Below are positions 28,251 through 41,440 of a stretch of 64,000 nucleotides of DNA, one piece after another. Source of the stretch: Cyanophora paradoxa CCMP329 (Eukaryota > Plantae > Glaucophyta). Position numbers and translations under genes: made by a program. The DNA lies in NCBI GenBank assembly GCA_004431415.1, contig QPMI01000091.1, positions 22,872 to 86,871 on the forward strand. Direction: 5' to 3'. The notes under the pieces are model-generated. The model searched no databases. It saw only the letters and a list, made by a program, of their open reading frames with translations, and was not told where the DNA came from. Position 1 is the stretch's first letter, and each line of letters begins with the position of its first letter.

Positions 28251-29927
28251 CTAGGACGTGGGGCTGGGGAGGCGGCCGCGGACAAGGGCGCCGGGCCTCC
28301 GCGGATCGACCTCTGCGGGCGGCGGCTCGGCGTCGGCGGCGGCGGGCGCGGGGCGGGGCCGGCGGGGCGCCTCCCCGGGAGGGGGCGCACGGGTGGAGGG
28401 GCCCTCGAGGACGGAGAGGCAGAGCCACTCGCCGCCGCCGCCGAGCTTGCCGTCGCGCCACGTGCGCACGCGCCCGTCGTCCCCCGCCGAGGCGAGCACC
28501 GTCCCCAGCGCGTTCCACTCCACCTTCCACACCTGCCGGGGACGCGCGAGAGGCCGGCGAGTCAGCGGGCCGGCGAGCTGGTGGGAGGGCGGTCGCACCT
28601 CGGCGTTGTGGTCGCGGAGGACGGTTACGCATTCGGCGGCGGCGGCGGCGCCGTCGGGGCTCAGCTGCAGCCGCCACACGCGCACCGTCCCGTCCGACGA
28701 GGCCGTCGCCAGCTTGTGGTGGTTCCTGCGCCGGCGCGGAGGCCGCTCTCGGCGCGGAGAGCCTCGGGACTGGACGGGGCGAGGCGGGGCGGACCGGCCG
28801 GTGTCGGGCGCCCAGGCGACGTCGTTGACGCGCGCCGTGTGGCCCGAGAGGACGGCGATGACCTCCCAGCGCCGGCTCGCCTGCCGGAACTGCCACACCT
28901 GCGCCAGGCCCTGCAACCCCCCTCGGCTCAGGCGGGGCCCGGGGCGGGGCGGGGCGGGGCGCGCGCCTTGGGCTGGCCGGAGCCCGGGGCGGGATCGTCG
29001 GAGCCGACGAGGAGCGTGGGCGGGTCGTAGCGCGAGGGGTTCCACGCGAGGCACGCCCCGCGCTGCGACTCGAACTCCTCCTGCGCCCGCCGCTCTCGGC
29101 CCCCGCGCGGGGCCGGCAGGGAGAGCGCGCGGGGCGGGGAAGGAGAGCGCGCGGGCCGCGCCGCGGGGCGCACGAGGAGCGGCCAGTGCGTCAGGTTCAG
29201 CACGTCGATTGCCTCGTAGATGCGCACGAAGCCGTCCGCCGAGCACGTCGCCTGCGCCCGCGTTCGCGTCGGCGTCATCGGCTGCGCCCAGCGCGCGCCG
29301 GAGCGCCCGGGCGGGGCGGGGCGGGGCGGGGCGGGGCGGACGAGGCGGAGGCCCATGTGGCGCGGGGAGAACTTGATGTCAGTGACGGCGTCGCGGCTGT
29401 CCACAAGCGACGCCCGGTTGACCCACTGCGTCGGCCGCCCGGGGCCCGCGCCCGCCGCCGCCACGTCTGCCACCGCCGCCATGAGTAGCTCGGGAGCCCG
29501 GGCGGGGAGGCGGCGAACCCTGCTCCTCCCAAATGATCACGTTCCGGTCCACGGAGCACGAGGCGAGGATCTGGCCGAACTCCGGGTGCGCCCATTGCAC
29601 GCGGTAGACAGAGCCCGAGTGAGCCTGTCGCGACGGCCCGCGGCGATCGGCTGGCGGAACGCGCGGAGGCTGCACGCGAGCGCACCTTCCACTCCGCGCT
29701 GCAGCGCCACTGGCGGTCGCTGGGGTCCTGGTCCCAGACTTTGATGCGCTGGTCTGACGCGCAGGTCGCAAACCGCCTGCCGTAGAAATCGAAGACGCAA
29801 TCGTGCACTATCTCGTCGTGCTCGCTGCTAAACTGCTCGCAGGCGCGCTGCGCAGGGAGTCACCGGGCCGCGACTGGCCGAAACGAGCAAGAACGTGTTC
29901 GAACAACGTGTTCGAACGCACCAGCAT
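28251..29927 (-). CDS. SEH1: Nucleoporin/GATOR2 subunit SEH1 (spliced)
   Basis: [93 protein letters not shown]. Confidence 0.92.
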
Positions 29928-30267
29928 CTTCGCCGCGTGCCGCCTCTTGCGCCCCGGGAGCTCGCCAGCGACAGCACAAAGCTAAGCTCGAATTCCGACG
30001 TGGTGCCGAAGGGATTCGAACCGCTGCCCGTGTACCTTGCGTATACGAAGTTTGCCGCATGCACATGCGCAGTCACACTAGCACTGGTGTTACTCAGTAT
30101 ACGTGGCAGCCTGTGTCTCGAGCTCTGATCTCTTCCCGCTTACACAGATCGGGCCCACGGCAGGCAAATCGAATTTCTTCATGTTCCAGAAAAATAAAGG
30201 CCAAGGGAACAAAAGGCCGAAAACGGGCGCGTGGGGCCCGCTGGGGGCACACAGGCCGGTTTAGAGC

Positions 30268-31160
<893 letters not shown>

Positions 31161-31261
31161 GTTGTACCCGGCCGGGCGAATTCTTGAAATTCGATGTGAT
31201 GAAGAACGGAGCGCCGGAGGGCGCGTGCGGTGCGCAAGCGTGGACCCTCACCTGGCGCGGT

Positions 31262-34200
31262 ATGGACGAGCTCGAGGCAGCCCGGAATGACGCGCGATTG
31301 AGAGTACGCACGTCCACGTCCCCATTGAAGAGATGCTGGTCTCCCGGCCGCGCGCCGGGCGAGCCTGCAGAAGACGAGCAAACTGGAGGGAATTTGAGCC
31401 GCGGGCTTGCAGCAGAGAGCGCTTGCGGTAATTGCGGCGAAGACAGCTGTAGTTGCAGGCACTTCGAATTTCGACTGAAGGCCCTTGTGCATACGATCGT
31501 GAAGGATTATATGCTGGATGCTATCCCTCGCAGTGCGTGAGTGCTATCTACGGGCTGCAACATCGCTGACAGCGCGCGGCGCAGCATTTCTGCTGGGGGC
31601 GGCCCGCGAGGCCTCTGCGGAAGTGGGCGGAGAGCTGCCGGACAGCGTTCGTGTGAAGTGCGTGCGGGTCGGAGGCAGGCGGTGGGCGCTGGTCGACGGC
31701 CCCGTGGTGCGCGCGTCGGTGCTCCGACTTCCGGCGCCACCGGTACCGGCTGCAGCTGCGGGCCCAGCTGTCGTCCGCTGGCCTCGCGTAGTGCTCGTCG
31801 CCGCGGACTCGGACGGCGCCGCCCCGGTCCGCCCCTGCGCCCGACGCGGCGCCTCCTCCTAGATCCGCCTGAGAGGCGGCGCAGCTGCAGGGCGCGGCGG
31901 GAGCGGGCGCGCTGGCTCGGCTCCGGCCCGGCCTCCTCCTCTTCGAGGCCGGGGCGCCGTCGGAACTCGCACAGGCCGCCGCCGCCGCCTGTCCCGCCGC
32001 CCTCGTCGCCGCCGACGTCCGGCCGGGCGCCCTCCGCCGCCTCGCATCCGCCACCGGCGCCCGCCCCGTCCCCTCCAGCGGTGCGCCTGAGTAGCGGGGC
32101 CCCTGGGGCGGCCGCGCCGTAGCGCTAACGCCGGAGGATCAGAGGGCGCGACTGAGGGCTGCGTGGGCCGCTGCGCCGCCGCGGGGGTACTCCTGGAGGA
32201 GGAGGCCGCCCCGTCGTCCCGCGTGCGGCGGCGCCCCCTCCGGCTCCGGCCCCGCGCGCGCGCGGCTTAGCTGGGCATGCAGGCGGTGCTCTACGTGAGC
32301 GGGGCCCCGGGCGCCACCTGTCGCTCCATTCTGGTGGGGTCGGCCGCCGGGGACGCCCCGCGCCTCGCTGCCGCGCTCCGAGTGCGCCCGCTGCTACTGC
32401 TGCTGCCGCCGCCGCCGGCGCCTCTCACCGCCGACAGGCCGCCCTGCGGGAGGCCCGCGGCGCCCGTGCCGAGGCCGCCCTCCTCGCCGCTCTCGGGGCG
32501 CGCCCCGCGCCCGCGCCGTCGCGCCGCCCTCGGTCCTCGGCCCCTGACCCCGGCCGCCCGCAGGCGCGCCCCCGCCCCGCGAGCCGTCCCCCGAATGACG
32601 ACGAGGAGGAGGACGAAGGAGGGACGGCGGAGAAACCAGCCCAGCGCGAGCCCGAGCTGGGAGCCGGCGAGGCTCCCCCCGGCGGCCCCTGCTTCCGCGT
32701 CCTCTGCGCGAGCTACGCCCCGCCGACGTCCCGCGGGCGCGACGACTACTGCTGCGCTCCCCCCGAGATTCGGGACCTGCCGTGCGCGCGGGCCGCCTCT
32801 TGCCCCGCCGCCGCCGCCGCCGCCGCCGCCGCCCACCGGTACCGCCGGGCGGGCAGCCTCGACGAGGGGGAGGGCCCCGAGGGGACCCTCGCCTCGCTCC
32901 TTGCCGCCTGCTTCGACCCCGCCCGCCGCTGCCCCGCCCCCGGCTGTACCCTTCCGGTGCGTGCGGCTCCGCCCTGGTGCCTCTGCGCGAGGAGCTGGCC
33001 GCCGCTGACGGCGGAGGGGGCGGCAGGCGGGCGCTCACGTGCGCGTCTTCCTGCGCGGCGCCGGCGCCCTCGAGCTCCGCCTCCTCGGCGAGCCCGGCCC
33101 GCCGTCCGAGCCGGCCGCCGCCGCTGCCTGCGGCGTCGATGCCTGGGCCGAGCGCCGCGGGTGCTGCGGCCCGGCCCCCGCCGGCGCGCCCCGCGGGGCC
33201 TCTTTCACCTGCCGCCCTGTCCCTCCCGCTCGCCCGCCTGCTCCGCCTCGCGTTCGTGTCGGGGCCGCCGGCCCGGGCGCCTGCCCGGGCTCCCTCTTCC
33301 GCTCCCACGCGGTCTGCTTTGCCCCGCGGGGCCGCCCGGCCCCGTCGCCCGCCTCGAGTGGGCCCCCGCCGCCCGTTCGCCCTCGAGCTCGCCCCGGGCC
33401 CCCGCGCCGCCTGCTCGGAGGGCCCCGAGGCGGCCACGCCCTGCGCCCTCGACCACGAGCTCGCGAGCGCCCACGTGCGCCCGCCACGCCCGCCCGCCCG
33501 AACTGCTGCAGTCGGCTGCCTCTGATGGGCGCCGGCAGGCGGCGGCCGAGGAGCTCGCCGAGGGCGTGCGCGGGGTGCTGCGGGAGGCCTCCTCCGCCGC
33601 CGCCGCCGCGCGCCTCGCAGCCGAGCTCGAGGCCCGCCCGCCCTCCCCGCCTCCGCGCCGTGCGCGCCGGCTCGCTCAAGGGGCGCGAGACGCGCGCGCG
33701 CGGGCAGGGCGAGCACCGGGCCTTCCAGGCCTCCCTCCGGAGGACGGCGGCGCTGCTCGCCCTGCGCCCTGACAGGGAGGAGGCTGGCGCCGGGGCGGGG
33801 CTCGAGGCGCTGGACGAGCTGCGGGTGTCCCTCGCCGAGCGCGTCGCTCGCTGGAACACCGCCCTTCGCTCCGTGCGCCCGGAAGCCCCGCCCTTCCCGC
33901 CCGCCCCGCCCTCGTCTCCGCCCCCCTCAACGCCGGCAGCTCTCGGAGGGGGCGGAAAGACCCCTAGACGGGTCGCCGGCCGCGGAGCAGGAGGCCCCGC
34001 AGCCGCCCGTGGCGGCGGCTTCGCGTCTGGACGCCGTGCTCTCCGACCTGGGCATGGGGCGGGGGCCGGGGCGGGGCGGGGGCGGCCTGCGGGGCGCCCG
34101 GGCGCTGGCGGAGCGCCTCGCGGGGGTGCGCGTGGGGGTGCCCCTGGAGGAGGCCCCGACCCGGCCCCCGCCGTCGCCCACGCCCTCGCCTCCGCCGCCT

Positions 34201-35744
34201 TCCGCGAGCGGCTGCGGCGCCTGCGGCCGGCGGGGCGGCGCCCCTCGAGGAGCTCGCGGGGCCCTGCGGCGCCCCCGCCTCCCACCTCCTCCACGCCTTC
34301 CGCGACCCCGCGGCGCCGAGTTCTCCGTGCCGCCCTCCCAGAGGCCACCGCCCCCGCCGGCGCCGCCGCTGAGGGCCGGCGGTCTCGCAGGTGGTGGCGA
34401 TGTGCGCGCGGCAGTTCGCGGCGGCGCGGGCGCTCCTGCACCCCGGGGGCGAGGCGGCATTCCTGCGCTCCCTCGCGGGGAGCGGCCCCTGGCGCGCCCC
34501 CGCCGGCAAGAGCGGCGCCGCCTTCCGCGCCACCGCCGACGGCCGCCTCCTCCTCAAGGCCCTCCCCGCCGTGCGCGAGCCCGCCCGCCCGCCCGCGAGC
34601 CCGCCGGCCCGCCGCCGGCCCCCAACGTTAACGCCCCCGCGCTCAGGCCGAGTCCGACGACGAGGCCCTGGTGCGCTTCGCGGAGGCCTACTTCGCCCGC
34701 CTCCGCTCCGCCGCCGCCGCCGGGTCCGCCCGCGCCCCGCGCACCGCTGGGCCGCCGCGAGCGGGGCGTGGCGGGCGGCAGGAGGCGACGGCGCTGGTGC
34801 CGCTGCTGGGCCTCTTCGAGGTGGCATGGCGCGAGCCGGGCGGGGCCGGGGCCGGGCGGGCGGGCGGGGCGCTACGCGGTGGCGCCGAGCCTGCTGCACG
34901 GGGCCGCCTTCGCGCGCGTGTACGACCTGAAGGGCGTCCCCGGCTGCAGCGCCCGCGCGGGGCGGGACCCCGCGGGGGCCCTCCTCGACGAGGACCTCCG
35001 CCGCGGTGCCTGCCTCTCCCCTCCGGTCCCCTAGGCCTCCGCCCCCGCCCCCTCACCCGCCTCCCGCAGAGGCGCGCGCCGGCTCGGCCTGGGCCCGCTT
35101 CGGGTCGCCGAGGGGACCTGGGGCGCCTGGGGCGGCCCTGCGCGCCGACGCCGCCTTCCTCGCCTCCGCCGGCCTCGTCGACTACAGGCGCGCCCCGAGC
35201 CCCCGCCCCCTCTCCTTCTCGGGCGCCTCACGGGACCCCCAGCCTGGTGGTGTGCGTGGACGAGCGCCGCCGCCGCTACGTCGTCGGCCTCGTCGGTGCC
35301 CCCGCCGCCCCCGCCCCCGCCCCCGCCCTGCCCCGGCCTCCCCGGCTGTGAGCTCGAGCGTCCGGCGGCAGACTACCTCCGCCGCTGGGGCCTCGCCGAG
35401 CGCATCGAGAGCCTCATCAAGACGCCCTTCGCCCCCGTCCGCCCCGCTCCCCCTCGAGATCTAGACTCATTGTTCCGCTCCTCCCCCGCTGACCCGCGGC
35501 GCAGGCGCGGCCGCCGTCGCCGCTGCCGGCGGGCCCCGCGGGGCCGACGGTGGAGGGCGGCCCGACCGTCATCAGCCCGCCCCTCTACGCCGCACGCCTC
35601 CTGCAGGGCGCGCCCCACTCCGTCGCGCCGGGCTTGGGCCCGCTCTGCCCCGCCCGCTCACCTTCCCGCCTCTTCGCAGCTGTCCTGACGCGCTACTTCG
35701 TCGGCGTTCCGTGCACCGAGGGGAACGCAGACCGCGTGTTTTGA
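31262..35744 (+). CDS. FAB1/PIKfyve-type phosphatidylinositol-3-phosphate 5-kinase (divergent, spliced; start uncertain)
   Basis: CCT-like segment VRVKCVRVGG / VLYVSGAPGATCRSILVG; kinase motifs GKSGAAF.AT.DGRLLLK, YDLKG, LLDEDL, D..FLAS.GLVDYSL, DYLRRW, PTVISPPLY. Confidence 0.8.
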
Positions 35745-35894
35745 GTCATCTCTCAAACCTCTTTTGATTTTCGCAATGAACCTCGGATCGGGAACAGCTC
35801 CCCTAGCCTTCCCTCGGGGCCTTCTGGCTTTGGGCCACTTCACAGTTAGTTCCGCTCATGATGAGTTTCATCAGGTGTTCGCATTTGTTCCACG

Positions 35895-36298
35895 AGCTCA
35901 GCACTGCGCCGTGTCTCCAAAAAAATACCCGCGAAAAAATCAAAAACAAATCAGAAAACAAACCATTCCCAGTAACCCAATCTTGAATATCAGTAAATCT
36001 CAGTAAGCCTCAGTAACCAAAATTGAATTAATCGAAGTTATATCATAATCTCGATTAATTATATCTTATCGAAGTTATATCTTTTTTATGCGCCGTGTCT
36101 CCAAAACAATTCCCAAGAAAAACAAACCATTCACAGTAACCCAATTCCAAATCTCACTAAATCTCAGTAAGCCTCAGTAACAAAAATCGAATTAATCGAA
36201 GTTATATCTTAAATCTTATTTATCGAAGTTATATCATAATCTCGATTAATTATATTTAATCGAAGTTATATCCTTTTTATCCGCCGTGTCTCCCATGA
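35895..36298 (+). repeat. Left terminal inverted repeat (404 bp) made of ~185-190-bp tandem units
   Basis: Reverse complement of 47286-47382 plus 49249-49555; units start with CGCCGTGTCTCC at 35907, 36091 and 36282. Confidence 0.95.
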
Positions 36299-36299
36299 T

Positions 36300-37360
36300 T
36301 TAGCGTTTGGTTAAACCACTTCTCAAATTGTATCTTCTCCTTACAACATTACTTCGATTGGGTTTTATGCCTTCCTTTGCTACCAATCGATTCACTTTAT
36401 TCGTTTTATTAACCTGCTGAATTCGTTTTTGTGATGGGATCTTAATGATATCATCTTTATTCACCTTTTGCAATTCTTGTTTCTTAAATCTCCTCTTCAC
36501 TTCTTTTGTTTCCTCACCATCATTATCTTCAAGGACTTTGAAACGATTCCTATCAGCCTTTGCAACAGTGTAGACCTTTTGACTGAATTGCGCACCTTCT
36601 TTTTCAAATAATCCCTTTGGTTGCAAAACTCGAACTGTGTCTCCTGGTTTCACTTGATTAGTATCAGCCTCCTTTACACGATTGTTGTGAACAGTATCCC
36701 TCATGTAAATAAATAACTGTTTATCTTCATTTGTATACACTGCATTCGGTGAGTCATTTTTCAATGCCGAATGGGGACTGCTATTATACAAGTCAATTAC
36801 ATCACTAAGTAGATCGATCCATTTCGTGGTTCCTTTGCTGTCATCGTTTTCCTGAGATATTGTTTGAAAGTCCTAGTGAACCTATCAATTATCCCCAGTT
36901 TATCTCCTACTGTGATGTGGTCATCCTTTGCCACATCTGTGTAAAGCATTACACCATGTTCACTGCACCAATTTCGGTATACTGCCTGGGAAAACTCATT
37001 ATCCCCAGAGAGAGCATTAACTTTGCCTGCATCTTGCTTGAACCTATTTAAAATGTTCGGGATCTCACTGCTGTTTTTAAAAGGATAAACAAATCCTTTG
37101 CGACTAAGTATGTCTACGAAACTGAGCATTTTGAAAATGCCATTGTTGGCAGTCTGAAACCCTCTGAAATATGTTATATCGATTTGAAACGATCTAGGCT
37201 TTGCTACTATGCGAAGAAACGATTTGGGTTTCCTTGGTTTCTTGTAGATTTGCTGGAGTTCTGAATTTTTGAATTTCTTTTTCAACTCTTTCTCATCAAA
37301 ACTCACCTTTTCATTAATAAGTTTCTGCCTATACTTCTTGAATGATAATACACTATCCAT
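36300..37360 (-). CDS. Retroviral-like (rve) integrase; one frameshift near 36830
   Basis: FQID...VDILSRK...GDNEF...IIDRFTRTFK catalytic core; a shifted frame continues KWIDLLSDVIDLYNSSPHS (YN..PHS motif). Confidence 0.92.
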
Positions 37361-40300
37361 TATTGGGCGGCACAGTTACACTTAATATGAGATAGGAAAC
37401 AATTTTTGGTAATATGAGCCACAGCATTATTGATTCGATCTACCGAGATATCTTCGAAGTCCATGGCATTGTAGCATCGCAGGCAATGCCCATACTGCTT
37501 CCCATATCGCTGCTTGATCCAGTCCCATGTGATGTAATCATGCTCATCGAATTGTCTATTTGCTGCTCGGTCCTGATCCTTGTAAGTCGATATCTTCTCG
37601 TTATTCTCTCTCTTCCACACTTTCCAGTGAGCCATTTCGAAATTATCATGGTAAATAACAACATCATCCAGCCTTGTGGTTCGAGTGAGAGCAACATAGA
37701 GCCACTTCTTTGAAACAAATGGCGCCCCAGTTTCAAACACGACTACCCTGTTCCCTTTGCAGCGAATCGTATCACCTTGAACAACATGGCAGGTGTTTGC
37801 ATAAGCCAGGGCGAAATGTTTGACTGCATCCCTGCTGAGAACGATCTCATCTTTCTTGTTGGCAATGTCAGCAATAATGAAACTGTCCTTTGAGAGCTTG
37901 ACAATCTTGTAGACAAATCCATTATGAACTATTTTTCCGCCCTTTGCAATACGAGTCTTTGCAACAACTTTGATGCCGCCAGCATAAATGGAAACATTAT
38001 CCCCGTAGTTCATTTTGTGAAGGGCTAGGTTCACCTCTGCACCCTTGCGGTTTGTGTAAACAATGCCAATATCAGTCTTTTCCAATTCGTCCACAACCTT
38101 GAACCCATACTTTGCAAGGACCTCACTTACACTCAAACCTTTCTCGAATAAATCAATTCGAATTTGCTCAACCTTCCTGCGATCTTCCTCAGTCTCATGT
38201 CGCTTGTTCACTTGGAGTAACAATTCGTTGGGGAACAGGCGATGGAGGATATCGAGGTAATACTCATCTTGGTCAACACTCATATCTTGGATGGGTGGGT
38301 TTTGGTACGGGTCCCCTGTGGCGATGTATACCTTATCTGGGAACTGCTCATTCATGATGTGGTCCAAGGCTGCCAGTTCCCCAATCTTAAACTGACAGAT
38401 CTCATCAATAACAATGCAATCAAATTCTACCAAACCAGAGGCATTTCCTCCTACAATTTCATCCATGTTTGACTCATCAATTTTAAGGTGAAGGGCATCA
38501 TAGATTGTCTTCACATTTTTCAATCCTTGCTCTTTCATTTCTTTCACTCGCTTGTTGGTTGGAACAATGTAGAGGGGATTTCTGAAACGCTTTCCATATT
38601 CAACTGTCATGTGAGTCTTTCCCACTCCCGGAACTGATCCGAGAAGAACCCATCGTTTTTGTGTAGCCAGCAAATCACAAATCGCGGTTGTGTCATACTC
38701 ATCAACCACAGAGTGTTTGGTATAACTGTAGTTCTCGATTTTCACAAAGTCAGTCGCTCTCTCAAACTTTCCGTAACGAATTCGTTTTGCCTCGAGGTCT
38801 TTCTTCTCACCTGAAAACTTTTTAGAAAAATTGGGGCAGCATTTCACACTGAATTTTCCAATATTCTCAAAGGCATTGCGATCGAATGACACTGGGGCAA
38901 TGGTTCATAAGCGATCCCATAAACACAATCGGTGTTCAAAGCGAGTGGTCGGATTTGCTGTTTAGCGAGTTCGACACACTTCTCATACATACACATCCTC
39001 ATAATTGACAAGAGGGTAGTGTACAATGGCATGAAGCCATCAATGAGCTGCTTTTCTGCTACCTGATTGACATAGTAGATATGGGTTCGGTCATCTCTTC
39101 CTCACACAGAACGAACTCTGTCTCCTCATAAGTGGCAAGAGTCTCACCAAAGAGGTAAATCTTAACCTCCCCTCCGTTCTGTTTCTGGAACTCGATCGCA
39201 TCGTCTCTGTTGTGGAAAATGGTGGTTTTCACTCTGCTATTTCGTTGCTTTCCAGTTTGCCCAATCGCACTCACTAAGATCTGCTTCTTATCAACAGGAT
39301 CGAGGTCGCTATCTAAGATTCGAGCAACTGTGTTGCCTGCAAGGTTGGGAATGAGTTTGTAAGGTCGCAGAACCGCTTTGATGGAGATGTCATCCTTGAA
39401 ATCCTCGAAATGCTTTTTGAGAACCAAACCAGGAACGACATTGTACTTGGAATCAATGATCATCCTCTTGTATCTGTTGTAGGTGTTTGCTTCGTACTCC
39501 TTTCCGTTCTTGTCTTTGGCTTTGAAAAAGTATTTGTCGTCCAGTTTCACGTAATAGAAGCTGTATTCCTCGATTTGCTCTGCATCTGTGATTGTCACAC
39601 TCTTGAAGACATCGAACTTGCTGAGAACAGGAACGAATTTGATCATCAAGGCTACAATGTAAGGGTATGCTTTGCACATATCGAACTCGTAAATATCTGT
39701 GTTATAGCGAATTTCATCAAAGGTCTCCTCATCCACATCAAAGAGACCACGAAGGCAGTCTGCACTCCATTCTTGAATGCATTTATGGTTTGCTCATTGT
39801 AAGTACTCTTGTTGGAAGTGTTGATTAGAGACCTATACATATCCAGATTTAGTTTCTCGAATTTATCTCTGTACTCAGCATTCTTGAAGCTAATCTCGAA
39901 AGCTGTTTCTACATCTGTATCGTTACCAGGTGGGGTCACGACAACATCCTTATCGTCAATAGTGAAACGAATATGGGTTGCCTTTCCGATTTGGGAGAAC
40001 CCAGGTTGGACCTGATAATTATGCACCACAATGAACTCTCTGAGTAGCTCATCCAGTGAACCACCATAGCAGATTCGAATGCTCGATTGGTTCTTTGGAT
40101 TGTCAGACCTGACAATTCTCAGAATGTCATCGGGATTTGTGGCAAACTCCTTGAACCTTCTTTGCTTTATAATCTTGTAACGAGAACTGAGTGGAACATT
40201 GGTATCTTTTGGCTTGGAGCCATTGAAGGACTGTGTGAGAGCCTTAATATTGTGATTTAACAAATACATGTGACCATTCTCAATCTTCACATATGCAACA

Positions 40301-41440
40301 GAAGGGTCAAGTGTGTGTTCCTGGTCTTGGGCAGGAAAGTCAGTTCAGGGACAGGGGTCCTGTCGTCCTTTCCAATTGTAACCATGCCTAGGCGCAGTGG
40401 GTCAAGAACCTTCTCCGAAATGGACTTGAAAGAAATGCCCCAATCATCTCCTTCAACAGGGTCTCGCCCATTCACCATCTTAAACAGTCCGTTGTAAGAC
40501 CAATCGATGCGCTTGTATTTCCCTTTGGTCTTAGCCTTCTCAAATGCTCCTCCAAACCATTTGATGAGGACATCAAAGACACACTTCCCAACCTTGAATG
40601 AGTCACCTTTTAAGAACATTTCCTTGAATGTGGTGGCTTGGGGTTCCCTTCGTTTTAATGAAATTCGAAATAATCATGGGAGCGTTTGTATTGTCTCTGA
40701 GAACTTGTTCATTTCTTGGGATGTATTCTTCATTATCTGTCGTGATGACTCTTTCAATTGTCATAATATCGGGGTAGGTATCTTGCTCAATTAGTTTTAG
40801 GTAGCGGAAATCTTGATTGGTCGAGTTAAACTCGATGACTGCTGCAATAAATTCAGCAATGACGGTCCCTCAACACATGGAACGTATTGAACGTGGATTG
40901 AACCAGACCAAGAGCATTCAGAAAAGCTGCCTTGGTACACTGGATACCAAAGGGGCGATTGTTCCGAAGCCTCTTCGATTCGATGTAGGTCACACCATTC
41001 TCAGTGACCCTGTTCGCGTTTGCGGGAGCCTGTTCTCCCTCTTGCAACTCACGGAAGAGTCTCACATTCAGAGTGACCATGTTTCCAGGTGAGTTTTCAA
41101 CAAACTCACGAAGGTTAGCCATCAATTGCTGGAAAGGAGTCAAGCGCTTCCGCTCTCTCGCTTGCTCCGCTTTCTTGTTTTGCTTCTCAACATTCTTAGC
41201 GGCTCTCTCAGCCCTCTTCTCCTTCTTCTCTTGCTTGCGATACAAACGAGGCTCTACGATACCTCTCAGTGTATCTCTGATATCAATCAACTTTGGAATT
41301 CTAATTGCTTTGAAAGTAAATTCTCTCAAGAAATAGATATCCTGCTCTCGGGTCAATTTGTCTTCTACTTTTGCTTGCATGTAGTAACCAAGAATCTCAT
41401 CCTGTAAATTCTTCGAAATTCGATTACTTGGTCGAGGCAT
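37360..41440 (-). CDS. Replication polyprotein: putative terminal protein, OTU-like protease, divergent family-B DNA polymerase, SF1 helicase, HNH/Zn domain (~1360 aa, about 6 frameshifts)
   Basis: Abutting ORFs join through 1-nt shifts (~40870, 40650, 40290, 39740, 39085, 38895); GKCVFD...NGHMY; PolB motifs FDMCKAYP, K...VSAIG, NTDC; SF1 motifs GVGKT, IDE, GDPYQ, AYANTCHVVQG, YVALTR; C..C...SVDRINN..H..N..H..CN. Confidence 0.8.

Noticed and set aside
30001-30090. tRNA gene on the minus strand (GGTTCGAATCC...GGCACCA)
   Set aside because: A B-box and 3' end are present, but the T-stem has a mismatch and I could not build D or anticodon arms; at most a tRNA-derived relic
35907-36298. TIR repeats as a CRISPR-like array
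   Set aside because: Only 2-3 units, the intervening sequences are related to each other and irregular in length, and there are no cas-like genes
36880-36900. Integrase DD-D instead of DD-E as a sign of inactivation
   Set aside because: Conservative acidic substitution in IIDRF, and the element has a clean 6-bp TSD; cannot be called inactive
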